A stretch of 64,000 nucleotides of DNA, taken from NCBI GenBank assembly GCA_021613535.1, contig CP075493.1, positions 1 to 64,000 on the forward strand, given 5' to 3'. Every line of letters starts with the position of its first letter. Positions within the stretch are counted from its first letter, which is position 1. The translations under genes and the position numbers were made by a program. Positions 22,717 to 35,601 of the stretch are shown here, one piece after another. Source of the DNA: Adineta vaga. Lineage: Eukaryota; Animalia; Rotifera. The notes beneath the pieces are model-generated. The model was not told where the DNA came from and did no database searches. It worked only from the letters and a program-made list of their open reading frames with translations.

Positions 22717-25198
22717 GATAGGAAAAGAGCTTTTATAGTTTTCTCAGTTTTCTATGCTACTTTTTAAAGAACGTCTATTGTTACACAGAAGAAATACAAC
22801 ACTGATTAAATTTCAGCTACTCGTTTCGATATGGGCATACCGTTCAGTATCAAATAAAATCTCTTGAAACGAAACTAATAGTACATCTAGATCTTAACAT
22901 TTCGTTATCTGAAGTACAGAATTTATACCTCGTGTTTGTAGTATAATTATTACATCATGATGCCTAAATATACATCATACAAACGATCTTGGACTACAAG
23001 AGTATGTCTGAGAAAGAAAAGAGTATGTTTTATGTGCCATAGTCAAGGAGGAAATAGCGGATATGAAGTATAAAAGTACATCGAAGTACATAAGCAGTTC
23101 CAAGGATGTTTTTTTTTAAAGGGTTAACCTGAAAATGAGCAAAAAGAAAAATATCGAACGAGAAAAATGTCGAAAGTAAAAATGATCGAAAACGAAAAAT
23201 GAGGGTGACGCAGAAATGCGAGAGTGAGAGTGATAATGGTGACAGTTTTCGATATTTTTCTTTTCGCTCATCTTCCAGAGAATCTAAAGTACATTAAAGT
23301 ACAGAAAAGTACGTAAAAGTTTTCTCGAAAATGCATTCACTCAGATTAAGCAACGCTCTCAGTAGAATTCTGACTTGTTTTTAACTGCAACTCGAAACAT
23401 CTGGCATGATTCGACCGATTCGTATGCAGATTCGGTCGCAGCAGACGGTCGAAATGTGACTAGAACAATCTCAGAAACTTCCGATTTAACGGAAATTATA
23501 TCGGTTCCACAGGATTCTAACAGGCGTGACTGATCTGAAAGTAGATGAAACAAATTACTCCTTTCAGTTCCGGCGATGTACAAACAATGTTTCTAATAAC
23601 GACGCAAAAATTTTGTCGTGCCTTGTTTGACTTCCCGCGTATGACTAATTTCCATATAGTTTAATGATGTTTTGATATCTAGTGAATTCTTAGATCATGC
23701 TTTTTCGAATCATATATTTACGGTCTTTTCTTCGCTGTTTTCGCAGAGATATCGCCCGGTCTACGATGAAGAACTCTATCCATCGTTATCACGATTGAGT
23801 TCTCTAATAACGACACTCCAGCAATATACAGGAGGGCTGACAAGTCACTTTACAGAGAAAGGAGCTCACGTCTCCATCAACCTCGTGGTCGAAAAGCTAG
23901 TTTATTTACCAATAATAGAGGCATGTTCACACTTTAAGACAACACTAAAAAATTTTGGATGGCTCTTTGAAATCTGTTACTGGTAATCTCAACAAAGATA
24001 CTGCCTTTTCCACATATACGTATCTAATAATGACAACAAAAAGCTGTTAGCGTAGTTCTGCGGGATTAGATGTGAAACACGAACTAACTGGTTTATTCCT
24101 CACTAAGTCTACTATCTCATAGTGTCTTATTCCGACTATTTAATTCTAATTACGAAAGACTGAATAATTGATTGTAATCGTAAGTATCGTAGACATGAAG
24201 GATATTATTTATTAATATTTGTTAGTTAAGCTACCTAATTAACGGCAGTTAACTAATACTGTTTATTTCAACTAATGATTCTTTAATCACTAATTAATGT
24301 TCATTGCTAAGGTGTCCGTCCCGTCGGTGATGCCGCATTGTTAAGGTGTGATGCCGCATTGTTAAGGTGCCTGTCACGTCGGTGGGAAGAGGGGAAAGCA
24401 CAGCGAGTGGGTCAATTTCTACCCTACATACTTCAACACTCCTTTCAGTTCGTGTTTCACAAAAGCAGAGGATAACCTTTACTGAAGTCATTTGTCCTAA
24501 TGGTTAATTGCGCAGAAATGCAACGGTGCCGATCATACATCGCTTCATAGTCAATGGTATTCACCTCTACTGACTACTGTACGACGATTATCATGTATAT
24601 TCTCAGTAGTGAGCGATGCGAGAGTCTTCGGCAAAATGTCATACTCTGTTAGCCTACCCTGCCAATTTCTAAACTAGTCAAATACTTCTTTTTTTTGACA
24701 GAGCAATATTTGAGCGACTAATTTTATATCCGACATACTTTTCGATTATTTTGATCTATACGAACGGAACCGTAACGAAAAATTACATCAATGTGTAGTG
24801 TATCAAAATTTCTATCGATACCAACTTTGAGCACCCTCTTCTCAACAAAGTATTCCTTTTCATCAAAAATTTTGAAACTAAGATATTTCCATGGAAACAG
24901 AGTCCACCTTTAGATCTTTCAGAAACAATATAATCTTTAAAGGGTTACCCTTTTACGGATAAGGTTTTTGATGATTTTCAGTAACGTCTTCTTCAAAAAT
25001 CAACTTCCTTTTTTAAAAAAATGTGTTTCGTTTATCTCGGTTTATGATTTTTTTGATCTTGTAACAAGAAATTCTCGGTCCAAGCTTTGCCAATATATTA
25101 AGAATTTTTCTCATTTGAAAGAAGGTGTCGAGATGCAGAGCTCTATAGAGGCCTTTTTTATTAGCTTTTACTGTTCATTATATAAACAGACGCTTATG

Positions 25199-25393
25199 CA
25201 CTGTAAAAAAAAAAGAAGTTTTACCGGACCTGTATCCAAGGGAAGATCCTTTGAGGTTTAGTATCGATTTGGCAAACTAAAAACCGTTCGGTTGAATGTT
25301 CAACGATCTTTTTTTAGTTTGGCAAATCGCTACGAAACCTCAAAGGATCTTCCCCTGGGTACAGGTTCGGTAAAACTTCTTTTTTCTACAGTG
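25199..25393. mobile_element. CACTA/CMC-type MITE
   Basis: CACTGTA...TACAGTG termini, inverted arms of about 80 bp, 2-bp TG flanks. Confidence 0.85.
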
Positions 25394-25987
25394 TGTGCCT
25401 AGATCCCCATTTTGACACCTTTTTTCAGTCATTTAACTTATGAGCCCCTTTCTTCGCTAAAAAAAAGTAAGATTAAAAAGAAAGGAGCTCTGTGGTATCT
25501 TGTATCCTGAGATTCTCTTTCAAACAAAAAAGAATTTAAATATGTTAGCAAAGCCTACACAGAAAATTTCTTATCTGAAAGTGAGCTTTTTTACTCTTCT
25601 GTGGTTTATATCTCTGTCAAGGGTCATAGTATTGAGCTGACAGATTTGCCGTAGTGTCCTCAGCTCAGCCTCAACATAAGCTCTGACTTTCGCCCCATTG
25701 AAACGCTCCCGAACTGAGATTGATTATTAGGCGGAGGGTCTTAATAAAGTGTTTTAGATTCATTCTTCATTCTTTAACAAAAACTTTGAAAATTGCAATT
25801 TTTATGAAGTGGAGTCGTTCATGGAGACTATCAATTTGAATGGACATTCGTCTCACTATCCGGAAATTACGCATAACATGAACTCTTCGTGCGTTATTAT
25901 GTTGAAATGTATCCGTCTGGAAAGACTTGACAGAAAAAAACAATTCAATAAATTTGGTTTATCACGATCAAACAGTTAGGTAGTAAG

Positions 25988-26371
25988 CAGAGGCGTGCAC
26001 GGGGCAAAATGTTCTGTTTTAGACCCGAAGCTATGAATGACATAGATCAAATGCTGAGAATGTGAGAATAGTCCTATTCGATGCAGAATTCTCTGGCCTA
26101 CACGTCCATATATTTGGGTCGCCATTTTGGATGTTCAATAGAGAAGTTATAGCTGCTACGGGGCAAGTCTACGTGGGACGTCTCGGGTAAAGCTGCCCCG
26201 TAGCAGCTATAACTTCTCTATTGAACATCCAAAATGGCGACCCAAATATATGGACGTGTAGGCCAGAGAATTCTGCATCGAATAGGACTATTCTCACATT
26301 CTCAGCATTTGATCTATGTCATTCATAGCTTCGGGTCTAAGACAGAATATTTTGCCCCGTGCACACATCTG
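25988..26371. mobile_element. hAT-type palindromic MITE
   Basis: 8-bp TSD GTAGTAAG (25980-25987 and 26372-26379). Nearly perfect arms of about 178 bp. Confidence 0.93.
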
Positions 26372-29254
26372 GTAGTAAGAATGATCAAATCATACTGTCT
26401 CTTCCAGAAAAAGCTTTATTTTAGCATAAAAACTAAGGGTAAATTTAACCTGCAATACACCATTAGAAAGAGTAATCTTTATGGTAAAAAATCACCATTC
26501 AATGTGGTTTTGTTTCTGTTTTGATATAAAGAAACTTATAGAATATATTAAATGATATTGAACGATAGTGAAGCCGCAGGAACGATTTTCACGGTATTTA
26601 GTATTGGACTTTGTCTCTATCTCCGATTCTTCTCGAAAAATCAATCTGTTACAGAGGTTTGTAGTTTAGACTCTGCTTTTTCTAACTAAAAAAGATCTAA
26701 TTGGTTTACAAGTCGACAAAACGGTTTTATAGTCTAACTTTTTCCAAACGACTTTTGTATTGCACATTATTTGTCTATCGACCCAGGTTACAACGAATGT
26801 GTTTTCTGGACAATGAAATTCTACCAACATTTTCTTTTACAGTGAGACTGCAAACTAGTCCATCTCTGTTTTATACGTAAAAGGCGCGAGAAATGGCTGC
26901 TAAACTGTCTTCCCAATCAAGAAAATGGTATTTCTATGTTATTGTACTGAAAAATCAGTATTATTCGACCTAGCTCAGCAGTGAATAAGGTCTTCTTTCC
27001 GTGGCGTCCGCCTACAAGAAGAAAAAAGCGTTTTTTTTCGGATTTGATTCGCTTAAGATCACTAAAATCCATTGTGGATTTCACAAACGGTAAAATCCTT
27101 AAAATGTTGTACTCCTTGATTTGCTGAGTTTTTAGGACTTTCGGACATCTTCGGGATTCAAAGCAGAACGAATCCGCCTTTTCTCCCTCACCTTACACGC
27201 AGGACCGTGGCTATATAAAATCCTAACCACACTAAAGGTAAACACGTACATTACAAAATTGTAGGGTTGCAAAATACTTGAATAGTTCTAAAGAGATATC
27301 AGGGCCTCGGGACATTTGCAACAATTGCAATTAGTAAGTAATACATGGAGATGCTATATAGAATTTGTTAAATCCTACCAACGGATATTATCTGAATTAC
27401 GTCGGACTCTACATTCAGCTGCAACCCAGAACTTTTTGGATCTATCTAGAGTCGTTAAATGAAACCCATCAAGTCCAATCCCCCAAGAAAAATAGTACCG
27501 GATAAATCAGTTTAGTATTTCCACTTCAAGCGCAACTTTTCCAAAATTTTAAGATTCCAGATGACATACTTCTATTTGAAATCATCCTTATTCTTCAAAC
27601 ATTGTTCCACACTAAAAACGGAAAATCGGCTATTCTGCATTTCACAGCAAAGAAAAAAACAAAACAAACTGAATAAGCCCAAAAAGCACCCAAAAAATAG
27701 ACAAAACCAAAAACACAAAACGGCCCATCAGCCTCAACATCCCAAAACCATCTCGAAAACTCCGGAAAACTCCAAACAAAACTGAAATAAACCGACACCT
27801 ACCACACAAATCCGAAAAAATCCTATCACGTCGCAAAAAAAAACCGAGACGGTCTGCACATCCTCTATTCATCCACGATAATGCCCAACAACCCAAAAAA
27901 TCACGGCACATCTTGAATGGCGACAATGGATAACAGAATCTCTTCAACAGCAGCTAAAAAACAACGACATCTGATGAAAGTCTAAAAAACCCAGAAAGAT
28001 CATCCATAGGCAACAACAAACCAAAAAATCCAAACAACCCGCGAAAGATACAGAAGTGAATGACAATGCCGCAAAAGACTGAGAAATTCGTTGTGAAGTT
28101 TTAAGAAGTAGTGAAGTGTTCGAAATTTGCGAAAAGATATTGCCATTAAGGAGAGAGCCACAAAAACTGCTATATTTGCTCAAAAGTGTCTGAAAGTTCC
28201 GATATATTGATAAAGATCGGGGAAATCATTGAAATATCCGAAACTTCGGATAACATATCGATGTATCTGGAATATTTCGAAAAGTCTAGAGTAGTCTGTA
28301 TGATTGGCTAATCAGCTAGAATATAAAGGAAAACTCGGAGAGGTTTAAGAAATCTAGAAAAGTCTTCAGACGTTTTGAAGAATGTCTCAAAGCCCATAAA
28401 GTGGTGAAAATGTCGCGAAAAGCTCGGCGATATGCCCAAAATTCGGAACTAAAACGGAAACGGATTAGATTTCCCCCAAAAAGTCCACTTGGGTTGTTGT
28501 AATACATAAAGCTGCGAGTTTGGTGTTTTGTTCTAGTGTTAGCTATCGGTCTTTCCACGAAGCTCTTTAAAGGGAAAAGTTGATACTGTATCATAGGAGT
28601 TGAAATCGTGTGGATGGTTGTCGATAACTTTAAATATACAGCGGATACAACAAACTAATGAATAGGATGTCATTATATCCTATGCAATACTATGGTTGTG
28701 TTTTTAGCTATTTCAGTTCTCCACGCTTACTAATCTAAAGGGGGCTATAGTCTGTGTTGTCTGAATTAGCTACTAACCTTTATTGAAGTTGGTTTCCGAT
28801 TAATGCGTTGTATAATGATTAAGTAAGTAGTGATCAAAGGTTTATATACACATCTTTTTTTCGTTCTATCTCCCGCCTTTTCTCTGTTTTTTTGGTATCG
28901 TTTTCATGGTTCGTTGCTTTCTTTTCGCCGCTTTAGTTTTTCGTCTTCAAACAGAATGGCTTAATAGTCGTCTTTTATTCTGCCATCTCATATATCTCAT
29001 ATTGTAGACAAGTGGAATCCGCTATTTCTGCTCACGAATGGAACTTCTAACGGCTCTACTTTACTGTCCGGCAACTTTTGTCACGAGAAAGATGTGATTG
29101 GCACAGCTAACTTAAAGTTTTTTTACCAATCCACTACATCCAACACGAATCCAACCGCTATTTTCTAAGTGGCTGATTCCCTCAGCCAAACAGGTTGTTC
29201 GATAATTTTTAACCTCAGCAGCTTACGTCTTTCGACTAATAGGAATATAGGAAC

Positions 29255-30321
29255 CAGTGGTCGAAATGGGCTGCCCGGGTCAGACGTTTTGTCGGGCTTG
29301 CCCGACCCGACGGTATTATTCACGTGTTTATGGTTTTCTGTGCTATTTCATATCTCTTGTGCCGGTGTGAGTATTTTTAAGCATCCTATAGACAAAAACT
29401 GCGTCTCAGTACCAAAAACAATATTAATGTTTGCTTTTCTCGAAACCGATAGTGTGTCTCATCTACATATTGCTTTCTATAATATATTATCCAAATTAAA
29501 TAATATAGTAATATTTTTAGAGATGAGATTCTATACAAATAAACCATCGTCAATGTTTGGAGTAACGCATGCCAGCTTATCTTATACTTTAATCTTAACT
29601 AATAGATATATTTACTGTGTATAGAACGATACACAGCGGAAAGTTTTATGAGTTCTATACGTTTCCACTAAAACACTTGTACTTTAATAATATGAAAAGC
29701 TAGCTCATTTATGAAAGTAGCCCGCATGTAATAAGAAAATTTTACTGCCCATTGCCAATGCGATCGAAAAATCATACGTTTCTATAGTGGACTAAAGTTA
29801 ACCTATAAAAAATGGTTATCCAAATTTTTTGATCACGCATCTGCACAAACGTTCATTGAGTCCTACTTCATTAACCGATTACAGTGTAAGACGATATAAT
29901 CTACATACATGATACACTTCGTTCAGGTTTATTTTACCAAAAATTCAGAGACATACTACAATGAGTTATGTCTGATTACGACCAGCACATCAAAATATGC
30001 TTTGAAATACCATCTTATTAAATTCACTCATGTTTAACTCAGACAATTTTATAGTGAGAGAGTTTTATTCACTTAATTTAAGTCCACCGGTCACATCATA
30101 ATGCTAGCTATTTGCTTTTTGGAAACCTTGCTTATCACTAAAAGAATCCTTTACTCCTAATAAAAAGAGCAAATGTTTACAATAAACTATCCTTCGGGCT
30201 CGGGCCAGGCCGGGCTGGGCCGGGCAGAGCCAAATTTTGTTGGGCTCAGGCGGGCATAGAAAATACACGGGCCATTTTGGGCCGGGTCGGGCCACGAAAA
30301 TGAGGCCCGTTTCGTGTCCTG
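29255..30321. mobile_element. Non-autonomous hAT element
   Basis: 8-bp TSD ATAGGAAC on both sides, CAG...CTG termini, GC-rich CGGGC/GCCCG subterminal repeats. Confidence 0.88.
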
Positions 30322-31119
30322 ATAGGAACTTCTCTTTACGCAGACGTTTCAGAGGTACTGTTTCCACCTGCTTATAATACTGAGGTAGTTCTACCCGAAA
30401 ATCCATTCACAATGCGAACATTCTCAACCAATTTTTCGCAGCAACAGAAAACAATAATAATACAAAATAGAAAGGTGCCTATAGTTAAAGCTTCCAGCCA
30501 TATTTCCTCTCGTTAACATTCCAGCATTACCATTTTCACTGCGTTATACTATTAACATTCATCCGTTAGAGACGGCACTCAAGAAACACACCTCCCAAGC
30601 TTCGTTGCTCAGTATCCAAAAAAGTTAAACTTTATCTAAAGACAGCTCTTCACGAAGCGACGATGTCAGTCCATACTATCCTCAATAATACGTGACATCT
30701 GTAGTTTCGTGTTTTCCGTAAAACAAACGGTGCTCTATAAAATCATATATTCAGAAGCAAGACGTTTAAAACGCATCTATATAGCATCAAGAAATTTCTC
30801 AACGTCATCAAAAAGCGCGCAAAGTGCAGACAATCTCCCTAATAACGATAATCCAGCAAGATATATGAGAAAAACCATTTTTGAAAAAACAAAATGATTT
30901 TTTTCGCAGAAATTGAGAGACGGTCTCTGAGATAATTTGTAGAGTAGGACTGGTTCTACAGTCCTGGAAAAAAGTTCTGGGACAACATAAAATGACTTCC
31001 GAAAATTTTATATTTCGTTCAAATTCAATATCGTGTATATGGTAATGTTAGTTTCATATATGAGCAACGAAGAGGTCATCAGCGAAAGAGAACGAAAGAA
31101 AGAGAGAATGGAGAAAAAG

Positions 31120-31192
31120 TGACCTTCGTGGGACTCGAACCCACACCTTCTGCTATCCGGGCAGATGTCCTAGCCAGTTAGACTAGAAGGAC
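31120..31192 (-). pseudogene. tRNA-like sequence (GGA in the anticodon position); tRNA pseudogene or SINE head
   Basis: Cloverleaf GTCCTTC TA GTCT-AACTGGCTA-GGAC A TCTGC-CCGGATA-GCAGA AGGT GTGGG-TTCGAGT-CCCAC GAAGGTC A, then TTTTT. C instead of U at position 33, a T-T acceptor mismatch, and no long Ser variable arm. Confidence 0.7.
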
Positions 31193-31436
31193 CAACATAA
31201 TCCCCAGTTTAGCGTTGTGTGATTCATCACAAACGCTAACAGGTAAGTATAGTTATTGCTCAGGTATTCAAAGTACATCATCTATGTATAAAAGTCCTGG
31301 TTTTAATATAAGAAAAAAAAATAGTAAAATTTTCCTGCGAGCAAAAACTTCTGGGACACTTTTTTATCTCTACGTTGATCAAGGTTTAGCCGGGAAAATG
31401 GCACCATTGGGAAGTTCATGAAAAATTGAGTATCGC

Positions 31437-31767
31437 TTAGAGATTAGAAAAACAACAAGATATCAGCTTGTTTCTTATCTTATTTTGAAGGGCAGAAAAC
31501 ACTGAACAAGATTTAATATCTGCGAACCAATTAAAGCTAAGCACCAACAATGTAAACAACAAAGAAAGGAAAAATATGGTTTATTAAGAATTTTCTATAA
31601 AAATGACTGAGAAAACGGAAAAGTTTATGTTTTCATTTTCTTTTATCCCGTAATATCCTGTCTAACATATTAGAGCTTTAGATAACATTGAATCTTGTTC
31701 AGTTTTTCTGCTCTTCAAAATAAGATAAGAAACAAGCTAATATCTTCTTGTTCTTACTAATCTCTAA
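31437..31767. mobile_element. Foldback/MITE
   Basis: Imperfect inverted arms of about 75 bp, TTAGAGATTAG...CTAATCTCTAA. Confidence 0.75.
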
Positions 31768-31886
31768 ACATATTTCTGATGATCACCCTCATTTCCCAGC
31801 AAAAAATCGCTATTTTCAACATACCTTTTCGTAACGATCTGAACCGTGAAAATGTTCCAGCTGTACCATATATGTAATACTCGAAA

Positions 31887-32965
31887 AGGTATTACTAATT
31901 TATGCTAACACCACACACACCCAACTTTTTAAGTACGGACATAGGTTGGTGCTACTAACATCCACAGATCAATGAGTTATGATCACTAACACCCACTTTG
32001 TCTGACACTTAGATGAAAAAAGCCATCAACAAAAACGAAAAAATGACCCCTCTCAACACTAACACCCAATATCTCTCTTATAGTCTGGACTAACATCCAA
32101 GTGTGTCTACACTAACACCCACAGAACTTCACGATCTACGTTTTTACTTAACTAAGTGCCAATTTCGGAACATGTTTTTACAATGAAATTCATTAGACAC
32201 ACATGAAACCAGTCAAAAAGTGAAATCTGACCCATATAGTTTTCATCTGAGATGCCTATGAAATAGACATGTTTTCAGGGTAGATAAAGCTGATTGAGAT
32301 CTACAAAATGATGCTTAATTCTATGAGAAAATATGTTGCGCCCGAGATTTCGTCTAACCCATACTCCTGTAGAATGGACAAAACCATGATTTAAGATCAC
32401 TTTATACCTAAAAAATTTACTATATGAGAACCAACCGGCGCGATATTTTGAGACTTGATGGAACTCATTGAGAACTACAAACTGATACTGAATTACATAG
32501 GAAAATTTACTGCAGTCGGGATTTCGAAAGGAGCAGACCCCTACAGGTAGTCTTTTAGCGTCGATTGGTAGGAGTCCCAACTGTTTCTCGTCACTTTTAA
32601 TCATCGACCTAAACCCTCCAGAGCGTTCCCTTATGGCCTTTCGAAAACAGAATGGAAGTTAAGAGAAACCGTGGGAACTCATACCAGTCGATGCGATTTT
32701 TCATGCTGATTCACAATATGATCTCAGTTTAGATCTTCCCTATAGCTTTTGGTTGTGGGTGTGAGTGTGCGTGTAGACACACTTGGATGTTAGTCCAGAC
32801 TATAAGAGAGATATTGGGTGTTAGTGTTGAGAGGGGTCATTTTTTCGTTTTTGTTGATGGCTTTTTTCATCTAAGTGTCAGACAAAGTGGGTGTTAGTAG
32901 CAGCAACCTATGTCCGTACTTAAAAAGTTGGGTGTGTGTGGTGTTAGCATAAATTAGTAATACCC
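31887..32965. mobile_element. Long-TIR non-autonomous element, same family as 47387-48133
   Basis: GGTATTACTAATTTATGCTAACACCACAC...GTGTGGTGTTAGCATAAATTAGTAATACC, arms of about 200 bp. Confidence 0.85.
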
Positions 32966-32983
32966 TTCCGCAAGTAATAGGTA

Positions 32984-33909
32984 CTACTATCGTCGCCAAA
33001 AATAAAATGAACGCGGGCATTTTTTGAATAACTCGAGAATGGAAATAGCTATTGATCTGCGGTTTTCACCACTGGAAAAAGCAAATTTGGGGAAATATGC
33101 TCATGCCAAATTAGGCGGAAAGTTTTACTTTCAAGGGGTCTATGAAAGTCTGGACTTGTTTCCGACGATACTGTCAAAAACCTTTGCAATAGACTTTGGG
33201 TTCTGAAAGAAGACCTGACCACACAAAACGTTTCTCTCTCGATCTGCGCAAAAACGCCGTCGCTCCCATCTTCCGCTCCATGGCCACAGGGGTTCTTTAG
33301 AGACCCGTTTTTTGACCAATTAATCTTAAATCACTCATAAACAGTACTAACCGATCATGCTGACTCCAGTGATCGTATTTATTTTTCGTTTCAGTGCCAT
33401 ATTAAGCCGTTTTCTCAATATTTTCGAATGATAGATTCTTCATGGTTTAGAGCAAGGAAGTTAATTTTCAAAATATTAAGTAAACGGCTTAATATGGCAC
33501 TGAAACGAAAAATAAATACGATCACTGGAGTCAGCATGATCGGTTAGTACTGTTTATGAGTGATTGAAGGTTAATTGATCAAAAAACGGGTTTCCAAAGA
33601 ACCCATGTGGCCATGGAGCGGAAGATGGGAGCGACGGCGTTTTTGCGCAGATCGAGAGAGAAACGTTTTGTGTGGTCAGGTCTCCTTTCAGAACCCAAAG
33701 TCTATTGCAAAAGTTTTTGACAGTACCGTCGGAAACAAGTCCAGACTTTCATAGACCCCTTGAAAGTAAAACTTTCCGCCTAATTTGGCATGAGCATATT
33801 TCGCCAAATTTGTTTTTTCCAGTGGTGAAAACCGCAGATCAATAGCTATTTCCATTCTCGAGTTATTCAAAAAATGCCCGCGTTCATTTTAATTTGCCGT
33901 TGATAGTAG
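32984..33909. mobile_element. Foldback MITE (Tc1/mariner-like termini)
   Basis: Inverted arms of about 430 bp, which explain the mirror ORFs 33024+ and 33870-. Confidence 0.92.
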
Positions 33910-34208
33910 ACGTTAAATGTTTTATTTATCAACTGTTTTCAACAATGAAAGCGCAGTAAAAACAAATCATGTTGAACTATATGACGAGAATTATATGTAA
34001 CAAAGGATAGAAGATACAAAAAAAACTTTCAATACATAAATAAGCACAGCTATGATGCATAGTTCTTATCACCATTCATACTAATGATGAATTAGGTAAT
34101 AGAAAAACAAGATACAGCACGATAATGATATAATCTTACTATATAATAAAGTATTTCATAAACAAGTAAAAGATTTCGTCTAATAACCATGAGTATTCAT
34201 CATAATTT

Positions 34209-35525
34209 TCAAAATCGATGAATTTTTGTTCTCGTACTATTTGCATAGTATTGATATTCGATTGAATTATTTGTAAGTACTTTAACCGAATGTACTTTTT
34301 TTGTTTTCGGTACTGGTTTGAGTGTTTGAAATATTTGCTCCATTTGTACTTTTGAATTATCAATATCATTTTGTGCAACTTCCACAACTTCAATTGTATT
34401 TGTTTTCGATCGAGCAATATTAATGAAATCAGTTGCTGATTCACATTTCAGTCCACTCAAAACACCACGATAGACAAGGCGTTTTAATGAACCACCCACA
34501 CCATCCACAACCCCTTTCCCATGAGAAGTTGCAAAAAAATCCCAAGATAAGTCAACCTAAAGGTATCGAAGAATATGTTACAATATAACGTTTATTAAGA
34601 GACTGACTTCATCACCTACTTGAAACTGTTCAGCCAGACGACATAAATTTCGAAATAAAAACTTTTGCTTGAATTGTTGTGTAGCACCATCCGAAAACAT
34701 ATGAATTTGTTTCAAGTCTTTGAATTTTTCTTTTAATTTGTTGAATAGAATATCAATTGTAGCACTGATGCAATATTTATCATGTGACAGATTATTTGAA
34801 ATAAATACAATAGAAAAACCACCATTTGAATGCCATATATAACAAGTAAAAATTGAAACAGCATTAGTAGTATAGAAATACCCTTGTACAGCATCTTGAA
34901 CATCAGTCTCGAAATTTTCGCTGTAGTCAGCCTGGATAGTAATGGATTCGTCATTAGATTGTAATTTCAATGTTTCGAAATGCACTGATTGTTTTCTTTT
35001 GATGAAAACGTGAATTAAGAATGATGGTAATTACTGTTTCAATTGTGTCAAACATTTTTGTACAGTATCATAATACTCTTGCTTTTTCATAAATCCACTA
35101 GATGTTGACCATTGAGCCCAGTGAATTAGTTTTGTTGCATCAATCACGTTGTTTTGAATTTTAACATTGAAATTATTTTTACATAATAAACATCGACCAA
35201 ACATACAATCTTCCTTTCCTTCATCACACACAAGTGCTGTAATAAATGCTTGAATTGTATTTAAATCAATAGAAGTAACGTATTTGGCCAATGGTTCCAA
35301 CAATAAATTGATGTTCTCATGGTAAGAACATACACAGCTACGATGAGACATATGTGAATTACATAGAACGTTCAATGGACGTAAATTACCAAATGAATTA
35401 AGTGATAGAGACGAACTTGTAATATTATTATCAGATAAGAATAATTCATAGGTTTCTCGAATGGTATTTAATAAAATTCTTTTTTGTAATGTTAACGTTT
35501 CACGATTATCATCTTTCACCGTGAT
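34209..35525 (-). pseudogene. Inactivated DDD transposase, Sola-like (family assignment tentative)
   Basis: CVCSYHEN, ADYSENF, SHDKY, FSDGATQQFK, FFATSHGKGVVDGVGGSLKR. 63-nt intron at 34557-34619. In-frame TAA at 35031-35033; 5' part missing. Confidence 0.7.
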
Positions 35526-35601
35526 TAGGGATGTAACAATACCAATACCCACCAATACCAATACTATTGGTATTGGAAGTATTGGTATTGTTACATCCCT
35601 A
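35526..35601. mobile_element. 76-bp palindromic hAT-like MITE at the Helitron/transposase junction
   Basis: TAGGGATGTAACAATACCAATAC...GTATTGGTATTGTTACATCCCTA. The flanking 8-mers differ. Confidence 0.85.

Noticed and set aside
24295-24375. CRISPR-like repeat GTGATGCCGCATTGTTAAGGT
   Set aside because: Only a two-copy tandem duplication, with no spacers and no cas genes.
27540-28450. A-rich K/Q/N-biased short ORFs, possibly a decayed retroelement ORF1
   Set aside because: Multiple stops and no recognisable motif, so it cannot be supported.
31120-31192. Functional tRNA-Ser(GGA)
   Set aside because: No long variable arm, C33, and an acceptor-stem mismatch.
33024-33870. Mirror-image 60-aa ORF pair (similarly 5642+/6564-)
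   Set aside because: By-product of MITE inverted arms.
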